Origin: Candidatus Babeliales bacterium
GTDB lineage: Bacteria > Babelota > Babeliae > Babelales > JBFXEV01
Assembly: GCA_050179755.1 (NCBI GenBank)
Contig: JBFXEV010000001.1
Location: 873,994 to 937,993, forward strand
Reading direction: 5' to 3'
Length of the DNA stretch: 64,000 nt
The position numbers were made by a program, and so were the translations under genes. Each line of letters starts with the position of its first letter. The first letter of the stretch is position 1. This document shows positions 1 to 9,864 of the stretch, piece after piece. The notes beneath the pieces are model-generated. The model did not search any database. It was not told the origin of the DNA and was given only the letters and a program-made list of their open reading frames with translations.

Positions 1-247
1 TTTTAGTATGTTGCAAATATTTATGGAGCTTGGCTACATTTATCATGACGAACGGCCAGGTTCATGGATTTTGGTTAAATCTGGCGATGATCTTGCAGCC
101 TTGCGTGCCGTGCGTGATGGTACAACTGTGTTGTTACAAGAAGGTGATCATGACGTATGGTATGGCAATGCAAATGATATATATGGTTATGATAAAGTGA
201 ATAAATTGTTTAGAAACGATGCAAAAAACATAAGAACAGTTCAGTAA
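1..247 (+). CDS. Hypothetical protein, probably 5'-truncated by the window edge
   Basis: ORF 8..247; the frame stays open to the window start. Confidence 0.55.
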   Translation, partial: FSMLQIFMELGYIYHDERPGSWILVKSGDDLAALRAVRDGTTVLLQEGDHDVWYGNANDIYGYDKVNKLFRNDAKNIRTVQ

Positions 248-261
248 AGATGGAGCATTGA

Positions 262-1794
262 GTGAAACTATCTACGTACCTATTTCTTGGCATGGGCATT
301 TTAACGAGTGGTACTATTATCGCGCGTTCATGCAATCTTTCAAATATACTGCTGCAGCCTGGTGGATATTATGTTTTTCCATGTAAAGAAGAGCTTGTAG
401 AATGTGCACAGCCATGTAATGCAACTTGGTATAAGCAGGTAACAAATGCACATGGCGTAGGAACGTATGATAATTATTATTCTTTTCTTTTTGGTGATTG
501 TAAAAAACACTTTTTATTTCAAGCCTTTTTTTATGGGTGTTTGGCAGACAAAGGTTTTAATGATGCCAAACAAAAAGTGCCCTTGAGTACGTTGATATTT
601 GGTAATCCTTTTACGATAGAAGATGCCAATCTTGCCTCGCGCTTGGCAGCGCAGGGTTTGCTTACATTGCCCACAAGGCCGGGAATGCCACGCCCGTATG
701 GTTCAATTCCTGATGAGCAATATATTGCATTACTTGCACCAACTAATGTTAACGTTTCATCTGAGCAACAAGAGTTAGGATTAAATTTAACTGGTATGTA
801 TTATGCACGTATACCGGGAACCAGAAAATTATTGGGTGTCCTTGGGCTTATGATTCCCATAATTAGTCAACGTCATCGCATGGATATAAGTTATGATAAT
901 GGCTCATTAATTTCTCCAGCAGTGCCACCGCCCAGCGTGCCTGGTCAAACAACGTTAACACAATTTTTTTCTTATTTTGAAAGCGTAGATGATTTTTTTA
1001 CACGTGGCGTGCTTGCTCCTAAAGGGTTAACATGTAATGTGCGTCAGCGGCGGACGAGTATTGGTGATGTGGTGGCATTAACGGCTTTTGATTTTTCTGG
1101 CTGCTCAACTTGGTGTGATGCTTGTTTGCTTGGTATGCAATGGGTGTTTCCTACGGGCAATAAGCAACATGGCACACGCGTATGGCCACTAGAACTTGGC
1201 AATGGCGGATCGTATCAATTTGAACCATTTCTGAATATATATGCCACTATGTTTACATGGATTAATCCAATATTTTATATTGGCGGTAGATTTAGTACTT
1301 CATATACGGGCATACGGCGAGTTCCACAATTAAAAAGTGGTTCTTCCGGGCAAGCACTTTTAGATACGAGCGTGCTTATACCGCCAGGTTTTGAAAATTA
1401 TATTGTAACACCAGGGGAATCTTTTAGTGAGTTTGATACAACAGTTCTGCAGCTTGCCGATGCGCGCGTGCAAGCAAGAATTCATCCTGGAGCACAAATG
1501 CTTGTGCGTATGGGGAATTTTTTTGAAGAATTTTTAATTGATTGTTTAGACCTTGGCATTTTTTATGACGTTTACATGCAGAAAAAAGAAAGAATTGGGG
1601 TGCTTGATGTTGGTATATTTAATACAGAATTGTTAGAAAGGCACTCGGTAAGAACAGAGCATCTTATTAGTTGGCGTCTTGGTTATACGCATAATGATGT
1701 TCTTCAAGCGTATGTTGGCTCGCAGCACGTGGTAGCAGGTAAAAATGTAGCGCAAGATAATAAAATATATGCATCGTTAATCGCATATTTTTAA
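262..1794 (+). CDS. Hypothetical exported protein, possible outer-membrane beta-barrel
   Basis: 510 aa; N-terminal signal-like segment; C-terminus IYASLIAYF (terminal Phe, alternating hydrophobics). Confidence 0.5.
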   Translation: MKLSTYLFLGMGILTSGTIIARSCNLSNILLQPGGYYVFPCKEELVECAQPCNATWYKQVTNAHGVGTYDNYYSFLFGDCKKHFLFQAFFYGCLADKGFNDAKQKVPLSTLIFGNPFTIEDANLASRLAAQGLLTLPTRPGMPRPYGSIPDEQYIALLAPTNVNVSSEQQELGLNLTGMYYARIPGTRKLLGVLGLMIPIISQRHRMDISYDNGSLISPAVPPPSVPGQTTLTQFFSYFESVDDFFTRGVLAPKGLTCNVRQRRTSIGDVVALTAFDFSGCSTWCDACLLGMQWVFPTGNKQHGTRVWPLELGNGGSYQFEPFLNIYATMFTWINPIFYIGGRFSTSYTGIRRVPQLKSGSSGQALLDTSVLIPPGFENYIVTPGESFSEFDTTVLQLADARVQARIHPGAQMLVRMGNFFEEFLIDCLDLGIFYDVYMQKKERIGVLDVGIFNTELLERHSVRTEHLISWRLGYTHNDVLQAYVGSQHVVAGKNVAQDNKIYASLIAYF

Positions 1795-1818
1795 AAAATT
1801 ACAAAAAGGGAGTTATGT

Positions 1819-3255
1819 ATGAAAAAAAATATAGTGTTGTATAGCTTGGTGTTCTATGTATTTGATGTTTCCGCGTATGCGTGGATGAATTTAAAACAGC
1901 GCGCACAACATCTTGCACTGCGTAAAGAAGCATTACAAAAAGAACGGCAAGAACGTAAAGAGCAGCGGCTTGCACAATTAAGGAATTATTATGCTGAGCA
2001 GGCGCAGCTGCTTGCGCAAAAAAAGTGTGAACAAGAGCAAGCTATGCAGGAGCAAAAAATTGTGGTTGCTCACAAAGAAGCACTGCGTGTAAAAGCTGCT
2101 CAAGAGAAAGAAGCTGAGCGTATTCAAGTGTTTGCACAGCGTGAAGAAGCTCGCATAAAAGCTGCTCAAGAAAAAGAAATGCAACAACAGCAATTGCTTG
2201 CGCAGCGGCAAGTAAAGCAACAAAGAATACAGGAGCAAAACGCATTAAAATTAGCGCAGCGCCAGCAAGAGCAGCAAGCACGTGAAGCAGCAAAAGCATT
2301 ACAACTTGCTCAACGTGCGTGTGAAAAAGAAGAAGCTGCACGTCAGCAGGCGCTTATAATGGCACAAAAAGAATCTGAACGCAAGCAATTTGAAGAACAA
2401 AAAGCATTGCAACTTGCCGAACGCAAAAAAGAACAGGAACGTATTGCCCAAGAAAAAGAAACACAACGTGCAGTCGCGCTTGCAGCGCGGCGAGAAGAAC
2501 GTCAAGCACGTGCACAAGCACGAGTTGAATTATTTGCACAAAAAGAATCTGAGCGTAAGGAGCGTGATGCGCAAAGAACGCAAATTTTAGTTCAAAAAGA
2601 GCCAGAGCGTACAGTGCAACAAGAATCAGCGCCTCAACAAGTAATGCTCACGCACAACCAGGAAGTTTTACCAAATATTGTAGTGCAACAACAGGAACCA
2701 CTTGCTTCATTGGTGCAAGACATTGCAGGTACCACGCTACAAGACGATCGCTTTAATAGTCTAATGGCCTATGCTGAAAAAAAACTAGAAGTTACCAGAG
2801 AATTAGTTCATACGCAACAACGTGTAGTAGAAGCTATGCGCCAAGATCTTGCGCAATTGACAAGCCTTGCTCTGGGTACTGTAACAAGCGATCTAAAAAC
2901 TGCTTTGCCTACGCCTCAAGAATTTCAACAGGCATTTGATCAATTTGCGCACAATGCACATTTCAATGAACAATTGATAGCGTCGTTGCTGCAAGTGCTT
3001 GAGGGTGAAAGTGCTATTGTTGCAAGTCTTGAAAAAAATAATCGTGGATCTCAACTTGAAAAGGTGATTCAAGAGCGTAATGCACTACTTTTCCAAAGTC
3101 CTCTTGCGGTCCAACGATTCTATGAAGTGATTATGGAGCAGGCATTTGATGCTAGTGAGCAATTTGAAGGTAAACGCAGTGAGTATTTGAATCACATGCG
3201 TGAATCACTTTCTGCCGTAGAGCAACAAGTTAAAAAATTACAACAAACTGTTTAA
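1819..3255 (+). CDS. Exported long coiled-coil (Q/E/K/A/R-rich) protein
   Basis: Signal-like N-terminus; repeated LAQK/RE.E motifs; GGGAG RBS upstream. Confidence 0.7.
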   Translation: MKKNIVLYSLVFYVFDVSAYAWMNLKQRAQHLALRKEALQKERQERKEQRLAQLRNYYAEQAQLLAQKKCEQEQAMQEQKIVVAHKEALRVKAAQEKEAERIQVFAQREEARIKAAQEKEMQQQQLLAQRQVKQQRIQEQNALKLAQRQQEQQAREAAKALQLAQRACEKEEAARQQALIMAQKESERKQFEEQKALQLAERKKEQERIAQEKETQRAVALAARREERQARAQARVELFAQKESERKERDAQRTQILVQKEPERTVQQESAPQQVMLTHNQEVLPNIVVQQQEPLASLVQDIAGTTLQDDRFNSLMAYAEKKLEVTRELVHTQQRVVEAMRQDLAQLTSLALGTVTSDLKTALPTPQEFQQAFDQFAHNAHFNEQLIASLLQVLEGESAIVASLEKNNRGSQLEKVIQERNALLFQSPLAVQRFYEVIMEQAFDASEQFEGKRSEYLNHMRESLSAVEQQVKKLQQTV

Positions 3256-3258
3256 CAG

Positions 3259-3849
3259 GTGGGTATGAACATAAAAGTTGCCTATGCATTGAGCTTGTTC
3301 ACAATTTCATTTTGTAAAAGTGAGAACATACCGTTTGGCATGTTCTTTCATTCTAGAGAAGAAGTTAACGTTGCAGATAGTGCTTCATTCAAAGCATTTG
3401 ATACACCGCATGAGCAAGAAATTATTAAGATTACTCAGCAGCAGCAACAAATACAGGAAGCACAAGAAATTGAAAAGCATGCAGCGCAGTTACGCACAAT
3501 TCTTGAAAAGAGAGAAGAAAAACGTACCGTGCGTTATGCGCATTTTCAAAATGCAATGAGTGTTCGTTCATATAAATTAAGTAATCGTGAACTGCTTGCA
3601 AAACGAGCTGCAATGCCAGAGCCTGATATAACAGCTCTCTACCGCACAACTTTGCCAGATTATACCGTTTTATGTGCGCAGCGTCAGGCAGATGAAAGAG
3701 CAAACCGTAGTGAGCGTGTACAAGCATATGCTGATCAGCAAGCTGAGGTATTATTGCAAGCAATTAATGTGCAGCATACAATAAAAGATCTATGTGCTGA
3801 TATTGAGAGATTGCAAGCTACGCGATATGCAAAAAATGTGGTAAGCTGA
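3259..3849 (+). CDS. Hypothetical exported helical protein
   Basis: 196-aa ORF in operon-like spacing; hydrophobic N-terminus. Confidence 0.6.
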   Translation: MGMNIKVAYALSLFTISFCKSENIPFGMFFHSREEVNVADSASFKAFDTPHEQEIIKITQQQQQIQEAQEIEKHAAQLRTILEKREEKRTVRYAHFQNAMSVRSYKLSNRELLAKRAAMPEPDITALYRTTLPDYTVLCAQRQADERANRSERVQAYADQQAEVLLQAINVQHTIKDLCADIERLQATRYAKNVVS

Positions 3850-3877
3850 ATAGAAATTTAATAAAAGAAAGCATCAT

Positions 3878-4837
3878 ATGTCCTTACTCAGTAATTTTGT
3901 GAGTCCACCCATTCTTTTTTTCTTTTTGGGTTTGCTTGCCAGTTTTTTGCGGGTTGATTTAAAGATACCTCAACCAATTCCCAAATTTCTATCATTGTAT
4001 CTTTTATTAGTTATTGGGTTTAATGGTGGTGTTGAGTTGCATGAAGCAGGTATTGATGCAACGATTGCGGTTACTTTGCTTGCTGCAATAGGTATGGCAC
4101 TTTTTGTGCCTTGTTACACTTATTTTATTGCACGTACTCGTTTGAATGTCTATGACTCTGCAGCAATGGGTGCAACTTATGGATCAGTAAGTGCTATTAC
4201 CTTTATTACTGCAACGAGTTTTTTAAATTCGCTGGGTATTGCTTTTGGTGGCTATATGGTGGCTTGTCTGGCGCTCATGGAATCACCCGCAATTATTGTG
4301 GGGCTATGGTTTGTGCAAAAATATGCGCCCGATGAAGAGGGCAGGTATCAAGAAACATCAGTGTGGCGTGAGGCACTTTTAAATAGTTCCGTATTTTTGA
4401 TTATGGGTAGTTTAATTATTGGCATGATTACCGGTGTGTCTGGGCAACAAGAACTTGCTCCATTTACCCAAGGTATTTTTAAAGGAATGCTTTGTTTATT
4501 TATGCTTGATATGGGGTTACTTGCCGCAAAGAGAATGGTAGACGTGAGATATAGTGGTCTGTTTTTAGTGGCCTGCGGTCTGGTTATACCACTTATAAAT
4601 GCGCTACTTGGTATTGGTATTTCATATATGTTAAGTTTGAGCACTGGTGACATGTTATTATTTACGGTGCTGTGTGCAGGTGCTTCTTATATTGCAGTTC
4701 CTGCTGCATTACGTTTAGCGGTACCAGAAGCAAACCCAGGATATTATTTACCTATGGCTTTAGGCATTACATTTCCGTTTAATATATTAATTGGATTGCC
4801 GTTATATTTGTATATCATTCAACTTCTAAAAGGATGA
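3878..4837 (+). CDS. sbtA: Sodium-dependent bicarbonate transport family permease (SbtA-like)
   Basis: About 10 TM segments; family motifs YGSVSAITF, MESPAIIVG, ASYIAVPAA, LGITFPFNI. Confidence 0.88.
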   Translation: MSLLSNFVSPPILFFFLGLLASFLRVDLKIPQPIPKFLSLYLLLVIGFNGGVELHEAGIDATIAVTLLAAIGMALFVPCYTYFIARTRLNVYDSAAMGATYGSVSAITFITATSFLNSLGIAFGGYMVACLALMESPAIIVGLWFVQKYAPDEEGRYQETSVWREALLNSSVFLIMGSLIIGMITGVSGQQELAPFTQGIFKGMLCLFMLDMGLLAAKRMVDVRYSGLFLVACGLVIPLINALLGIGISYMLSLSTGDMLLFTVLCAGASYIAVPAALRLAVPEANPGYYLPMALGITFPFNILIGLPLYLYIIQLLKG

Positions 4838-5139
4838 GTGTGTTAATTCAGCAAAAAAAAGTTGAAATCATTATTGAAGTTATTAAAACACCAAAAATTA
4901 CGCGCATTATTGATGAACTTGGATTGGCAGGTTATTCAGTAATTCACGGCGTAGAAGGCCGTGGTTCAAACGGCACGTGTGACGCACAAGAAGTCACCGA
5001 CGTGCTCACTAACGATTGTGTAATGGTAATTTGCTCAGAAGATGAAGCACGCCAATTGGTGCATGACGTGCAACCGATTTTAAAAAAATTTGGTGGCATC
5101 TGTTTTATAAGTGATGCGCAACTATTACAATTAAGTTAA
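4834..5139 (+). CDS. sbtB: PII-like regulator (SbtB-like)
   Basis: KKVEIIIE, GYSVIHGVEGRGS, GGICFISD; overlaps the sbtA stop (ATGA). Confidence 0.8.
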   Translation: MSVLIQQKKVEIIIEVIKTPKITRIIDELGLAGYSVIHGVEGRGSNGTCDAQEVTDVLTNDCVMVICSEDEARQLVHDVQPILKKFGGICFISDAQLLQLS

Positions 5140-5142
5140 TTG

Positions 5143-6141
5143 CTATTCTTCTTCAATATTCGATGATGCATCTATTCCATCTAAACGATCAGTAATCATT
5201 TGATCTTGTTCATCTTGTTGTTCTGTGGTCTGCAGCGCGAGAAACAAAGAAATCCAACAACTTGCACCATTAAGTGCGGTGGTGATCGTTGGAATGTATC
5301 CTTGCCCATTATACATAAAATAATCTTTAACTAAATTAAGGCCAAATAATACACTTAATGCAGTATACATTTGTGTCTTTGCGTCAAGCGACCCATCTTC
5401 TAAAATGAGTCTTATATCAGAAGCTTGTTGTTCTTGCTCAGCAGTGAGCGTTTGCGGCGCATGCCGTTGTGTAGATGAATATCGCGTATAAGTTGGATGC
5501 GATCTATGTTCAGCAGTAAGCAATTCGGTGGTCCCTGCGCGTGGATGATCGAGCTCTCCAAGCAGTTGGATCAGCATATCTTCAAGTTCTTGTGTTCGTT
5601 TTTGAAATTGGTAAGATAAAGCCAATGCGCCCAATGGTAATAAAAAATCTACTGCTAGATTGGTGATGGTAATTGGATCTATATGGAACATTAGATCACG
5701 GTTAGCAGCAGTTAAGAAAGCACTTTTTATAAAGTTACAACTTAGCAGTACGCCAATTGTTTGACTCATTTGTGATATTGTGTGTGCTTTTCCCAGGGAG
5801 CCTATTAAATTGATGCGTTCATCACGGTGTTCTTGTGCAAGCAATAAATCTGCAATGTGAGAACGTGCAGGTACTTGAAATGCGCTATCTTCAGGAGGGG
5901 CGGAAGGCGTTACTAATGAAACCACTGTATGATGATCTTGGAATGGTAGTACTACAGGTTCAGATGCTCCGGTAGCATAGTGAGATAATTCGTTTAATGC
6001 TCCTTGTGTAGGCAAACCAGCTTGGATTACTGGTGGTTGCTGCCACATACAATATGTATATGATGCTGGCACTAGCATAAATATGATTTGTACGAGTACT
6101 AACAAATAATTACTTGTACGAAATCGTCTTATTTCTTTCAT
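5143..6141 (-). CDS. Hypothetical secreted/membrane protein with two hydrophobic hairpins
   Basis: ORF track 5143..6171; ATG at 6141 has AGGAG RBS; repeats similar to 6155..7405. Confidence 0.65.
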   Translation of the reverse strand: MKEIRRFRTSNYLLVLVQIIFMLVPASYTYCMWQQPPVIQAGLPTQGALNELSHYATGASEPVVLPFQDHHTVVSLVTPSAPPEDSAFQVPARSHIADLLLAQEHRDERINLIGSLGKAHTISQMSQTIGVLLSCNFIKSAFLTAANRDLMFHIDPITITNLAVDFLLPLGALALSYQFQKRTQELEDMLIQLLGELDHPRAGTTELLTAEHRSHPTYTRYSSTQRHAPQTLTAEQEQQASDIRLILEDGSLDAKTQMYTALSVLFGLNLVKDYFMYNGQGYIPTITTALNGASCWISLFLALQTTEQQDEQDQMITDRLDGIDASSNIEEE

Positions 6142-6154
6142 GTAATTTCTCCTT

Positions 6155-7405
6155 TTATTTCTCATGTGCAATAACTTGGCGGAGTTCGTGTAAGCGTTGT
6201 GTGAGTGATTTGTTAGCTTTAGTGGAAGACCTGCAGGATCTAAAACTCAACCATCCAAATGTAAGAATGCCTGCAGTGTTTGCAAGAATGCTGCAAATTG
6301 AAGTATAGCCAAAGGCATTAGTAGTTTTTTGTTCACTCACGCAATCAACGCCACATACGGTGATGCACGGTGGCTGTATACAATCTGGTGTTCCGCAACA
6401 GCCTGCATGCCAGCATACTTGCTTGCATGGTATTATTGGTAGTGATTGATTGTGTTCAGGTAAGGGTGTGCTTGGATAGAACGTATCTTGCCCCCATAAA
6501 AGTGCGCCTATTAAATCCTTTGTTAAATTTGCTCCAAAAAGTGCTGCAAGACCTGCATATAGTTTCCATTTGGCATCTGCCGAACCAGTTGATTTAATAA
6601 GCGCTATAAGATCATTACGTTGGGTGTTAATGCTATCTTGATCAGCACGTTCCATATCATGTGCAATGTGTTTATCAAGTACATCACGAATAGCGTTATC
6701 AGAATTAGAAGGTATACTTTGAAGTTGAGGTAAACCTTCTGTTGCATCATGGAGCTTTTGTAGTAATGTCTTAAGTTTTTCTTCAGAGTTTTGGCCTTTG
6801 GTGTATGTACATGCGGCATATAAAAGACCCAATACGCAAACAAGACCATTAGCAGATAAGCTTACAAGTGCAGTAGCGCCAAGCGCATTTAATGATTGAT
6901 TATTTGCCGAGCAATCCCACGGCCCATCACAATCTATCGTGCAATCTGGCGATGCAGGAACACAATATGCGCGGCAAATACGATAACAAGGATGCAAATT
7001 CATTAAGTGATTTGGTGGAATTAAATCAGTCATTGGGTATTGTGGTACTGTTCCCCAGAGGTATAAGGCAGCGGTACTTACGCCAGCATTCAGCGCACCA
7101 AAAAGGCTTGCCAATAATGCCAATTTTGTGCGTGCGTTATTGCGGCCTATTGACTGAATAAGCGCCAGATTTTTTTTACCATTTTCTCCCTCAAAAAGTG
7201 GTTCTGCGTCCGGATTCCGTGCTTCTAAAATGCTTACAAGGCGCTGCGCGGGTGGGAAAAGAAGCATTTGTTGATACAGCGGCGCTATCTCTCTTGAGCC
7301 GGTATTTGATTCAGCAAGTTGCACTCTTTTAGTAATTGGGCAGTCCATGCACTGTGCAATCATCATTACGTTCAAGCCAACGCATACATACAAAGCAAAT
7401 TTCAT
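6155..7405 (-). CDS. Hypothetical membrane protein, internally duplicated TM-hairpin with Cys-rich loops
   Basis: Two repeats (LIQSIG..LFG..LWG..Cys-rich..NALG / LIKSTG..LFG..LWG..Cys-rich..NAFG). Confidence 0.7.
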   Translation of the reverse strand: MKFALYVCVGLNVMMIAQCMDCPITKRVQLAESNTGSREIAPLYQQMLLFPPAQRLVSILEARNPDAEPLFEGENGKKNLALIQSIGRNNARTKLALLASLFGALNAGVSTAALYLWGTVPQYPMTDLIPPNHLMNLHPCYRICRAYCVPASPDCTIDCDGPWDCSANNQSLNALGATALVSLSANGLVCVLGLLYAACTYTKGQNSEEKLKTLLQKLHDATEGLPQLQSIPSNSDNAIRDVLDKHIAHDMERADQDSINTQRNDLIALIKSTGSADAKWKLYAGLAALFGANLTKDLIGALLWGQDTFYPSTPLPEHNQSLPIIPCKQVCWHAGCCGTPDCIQPPCITVCGVDCVSEQKTTNAFGYTSICSILANTAGILTFGWLSFRSCRSSTKANKSLTQRLHELRQVIAHEK

Positions 7406-7515
7406 GGTGTCCTTTTTAGTCGCTCTTAAGAGTAGGTTTGATAGTATGAGAATACTTTTTTGTGCAGCATGCTGTCAACAGCTTACTGCTTTTATATTTT
7501 CATAAAGTTATGCCA

Positions 7516-7980
7516 TTATTCAACTTTTGCTTTTCTGCAGCAAGCGCGTAGCAGATGCCAACTTGTTTTGCCAGTGGCATAGAGCAGCATGGCTCCATCA
7601 ACTGCAAGTTCACTGTAATCAAATGAGTGTGGCACACTTTGTGCATACACGGTGGTATACACATCGTAGGCAGTTTTAAGACCTATAAGTAAGGTGGCTG
7701 TAGCCGGAACGGCAGCATTTTTTAAATCCCAGCGGCGATTAAGTCTGACAACCGCTTGTGCGTGGCGTAACTTTTCGGTTCTTATATCATCATCAGCTTT
7801 TTGTATTTTTGCTTGTAACTCAGCAACTTGTCTATCATGTTCTGTGCGATCGATCATTTGCACTGCGCTGCTTGATGAATCGCTGTTCGTGCTATCCATG
7901 CAAAGTGTGGTAGTGCAAGGAACTAAAAGTAATAAAGTGAGGGATAATATTTTCATTTTTTGTAGTTTCCTTGTAGCCAT
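7516..7980 (-). CDS. Hypothetical secreted protein, coiled coil plus hydrophobic hairpin
   Basis: Signal peptide TTTLC|MDS; C-terminal RACCRK. Confidence 0.65.
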   Translation of the reverse strand: MATRKLQKMKILSLTLLLLVPCTTTLCMDSTNSDSSSSAVQMIDRTEHDRQVAELQAKIQKADDDIRTEKLRHAQAVVRLNRRWDLKNAAVPATATLLIGLKTAYDVYTTVYAQSVPHSFDYSELAVDGAMLLYATGKTSWHLLRACCRKAKVE

Positions 7981-7985
7981 ATAAA

Positions 7986-8498
7986 TTAATGTTCATCAGT
8001 GTTACTATCGTGCATAATTTGAGTCACGGCATAACTTTCATACGAAATTGTTCCTAAGAAGTTATTATAAAAAGGGATTAAAGACCAATACGACCAATTT
8101 GCTCCTTGTTCGGCCAAAATCTGATCTTTTATTGCGTGCGCCATAAGGCATACAAAATAAAAACTGCCTGCAATTGAGCTCACTGTTATATTTGAACGTC
8201 TATGTTCTTCTTTACGGAATCGCTTATGCCAATTAAGTTCTGCATGAAATTTGCGTGGTAGTACATCAAGTTCTTGTTCTTTTGCCTCAAGTATTTCTTG
8301 TAACCTCTTTAGTTCTAAAGAATTTTCTTGTTTGTTAGCGCTTGCTTGTGGCTGAGGAAACAAATCATGCGATAGTAACCGCAGTTCTTCTTTTAATGAA
8401 TGTGGTTGTCCGCTCTGTGCTGCAGATATTGCAAGTTTATCCATAGTATAAATAGATAGAGGCACACTCAGAAATAAAAGAGCAGGTAATTTTGTCAT
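7986..8498 (-). CDS. Hypothetical secreted protein, paralogue of 8516..9088
   Basis: ORF track 7986..8516, likely start MTKLP; shares SNITVS/SNATVS and LDVLPRK/LKNLPKD. Confidence 0.6.
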   Translation of the reverse strand: MTKLPALLFLSVPLSIYTMDKLAISAAQSGQPHSLKEELRLLSHDLFPQPQASANKQENSLELKRLQEILEAKEQELDVLPRKFHAELNWHKRFRKEEHRRSNITVSSIAGSFYFVCLMAHAIKDQILAEQGANWSYWSLIPFYNNFLGTISYESYAVTQIMHDSNTDEH

Positions 8499-8515
8499 AG
8501 CGTTCTTTCTACACA

Positions 8516-9088
8516 TTAGGTAACTTCATAGGTATTGCTTCTGCAGAAACATTGTGACATGCTATAACCCATGGATGCTATCCAGCCAATAATATTATAG
8601 GTAACGCCAATTGCAGATTTATTCCAACCACCATTTTCGGCTATTCGCGGATCACCACCAGCTTGTAATATCATACCGATACAAAATGCGCCAGAAGTAA
8701 TACCACTCACCGTTGCATTAGATTTAATATTTTCAAATGTGCGATCAGCTTTAAGTATTCTTAATGTTCCATCAAGATCTTTGGGAAGGTTTTTAAGGCT
8801 TCGCTTTTTTTCTTCTAGTGTTTTACGTAATTTGCCAAGCGTTTCTTCACTTTCATCTTTACTGATAAAAAGTTGCCCATATGGTGTGGGTGCAACAGGC
8901 ATAAGGGCCTGACCATCTTTTTCAAAAAAATCTTGCGCGAGCAAACTTGCTTGTTCACCTGTTTTTAAGTCATGTGAACTTGATGCAACATCAAGTAAAG
9001 GGTACAGTCTTGCATTGTTTTGCTGCATGCTGTGAATAGGCATTGTTATGCTACAACAAATACATATGATGGCAAGTAATTTTTTCAT
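8516..9088 (-). CDS. Hypothetical secreted protein, coiled coil plus hydrophobic hairpin
   Basis: MKKLLAIICICCSITMPIHS|MQQ signal peptide. Confidence 0.65.
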   Translation of the reverse strand: MKKLLAIICICCSITMPIHSMQQNNARLYPLLDVASSSHDLKTGEQASLLAQDFFEKDGQALMPVAPTPYGQLFISKDESEETLGKLRKTLEEKKRSLKNLPKDLDGTLRILKADRTFENIKSNATVSGITSGAFCIGMILQAGGDPRIAENGGWNKSAIGVTYNIIGWIASMGYSMSQCFCRSNTYEVT

Positions 9089-9211
9089 ACAAAAGTCCTT
9101 GGAAATTGGTGTTGCAGGGTTATATCAATTACTCTTAACATAACATGTGGCATAAAAGCGTCAATATAAAAACGCATGGCACTAACATCGTATTTCTCTA
9201 TAGTTTTTGTT

Positions 9212-9862
9212 TTATCTCATGAGTTCAATGCGTTCATCAGCATATGTGCCAACTAATTCAGCATTGTGACAGACCATTACTACAAATGTGTTACTTGTGT
9301 GCGCAAGTTGTGTGAGCGCTTGCATAACTTCATGTGCATTCTTGGTATCAAGTGCTGCTGTTGGTTCATCAAGTAATAATACGCTAGGTTTCTGTTGCAA
9401 GGCCATCATTATTGCAAGCAACTGCCGCTGACCACCAGAAAGCGTATGCACCGGCGCATCAAGATCAAATGATACTTGTGCTGTAAGTTCTGCACGATTA
9501 ATTTGAGGAAGTGGCGCAAGTTTTGGGAATGCAAACATGCCCGCCAGTTGCAGATTTTCTTTAGCTGTCATGTTAGTAGCAAGCATGGTATCAATATCTT
9601 GATGTACTAAGTGAATGTGCTTGGTGAGTTCTTTTGGTAATCGATTATGCGCCGTAGTATACCGAACGCCATTAAGTATAAAGTTACCCTCAAGTTGTTC
9701 ACCAATTAATTGACCTGCAAGTAGTTTAAGTAACGTGGATTTACCTGCACCATTGTGCCCACATAAGGCAGTTAGCTTACCTTTTTGCAGCGTAATAGTT
9801 AGTTTATTAAAGAAAGGCTTTTGTTGCCCGGTAAACGTAAAGGTGAGATTTTGTAATTTCAT
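9212..9862 (-). CDS. ABC transporter ATP-binding protein
   Basis: Walker A GHNGAGKS, signature LSGGQ, Walker B LLLDEPTAALD. Confidence 0.95.
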   Translation of the reverse strand: MKLQNLTFTFTGQQKPFFNKLTITLQKGKLTALCGHNGAGKSTLLKLLAGQLIGEQLEGNFILNGVRYTTAHNRLPKELTKHIHLVHQDIDTMLATNMTAKENLQLAGMFAFPKLAPLPQINRAELTAQVSFDLDAPVHTLSGGQRQLLAIMMALQQKPSVLLLDEPTAALDTKNAHEVMQALTQLAHTSNTFVVMVCHNAELVGTYADERIELMR

Positions 9863-9864
9863 GA

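Noticed and set aside
1978..2590. Antisense and alternate-frame ORFs within the coiled-coil gene
   Set aside because: By-product of low-complexity codon usage.
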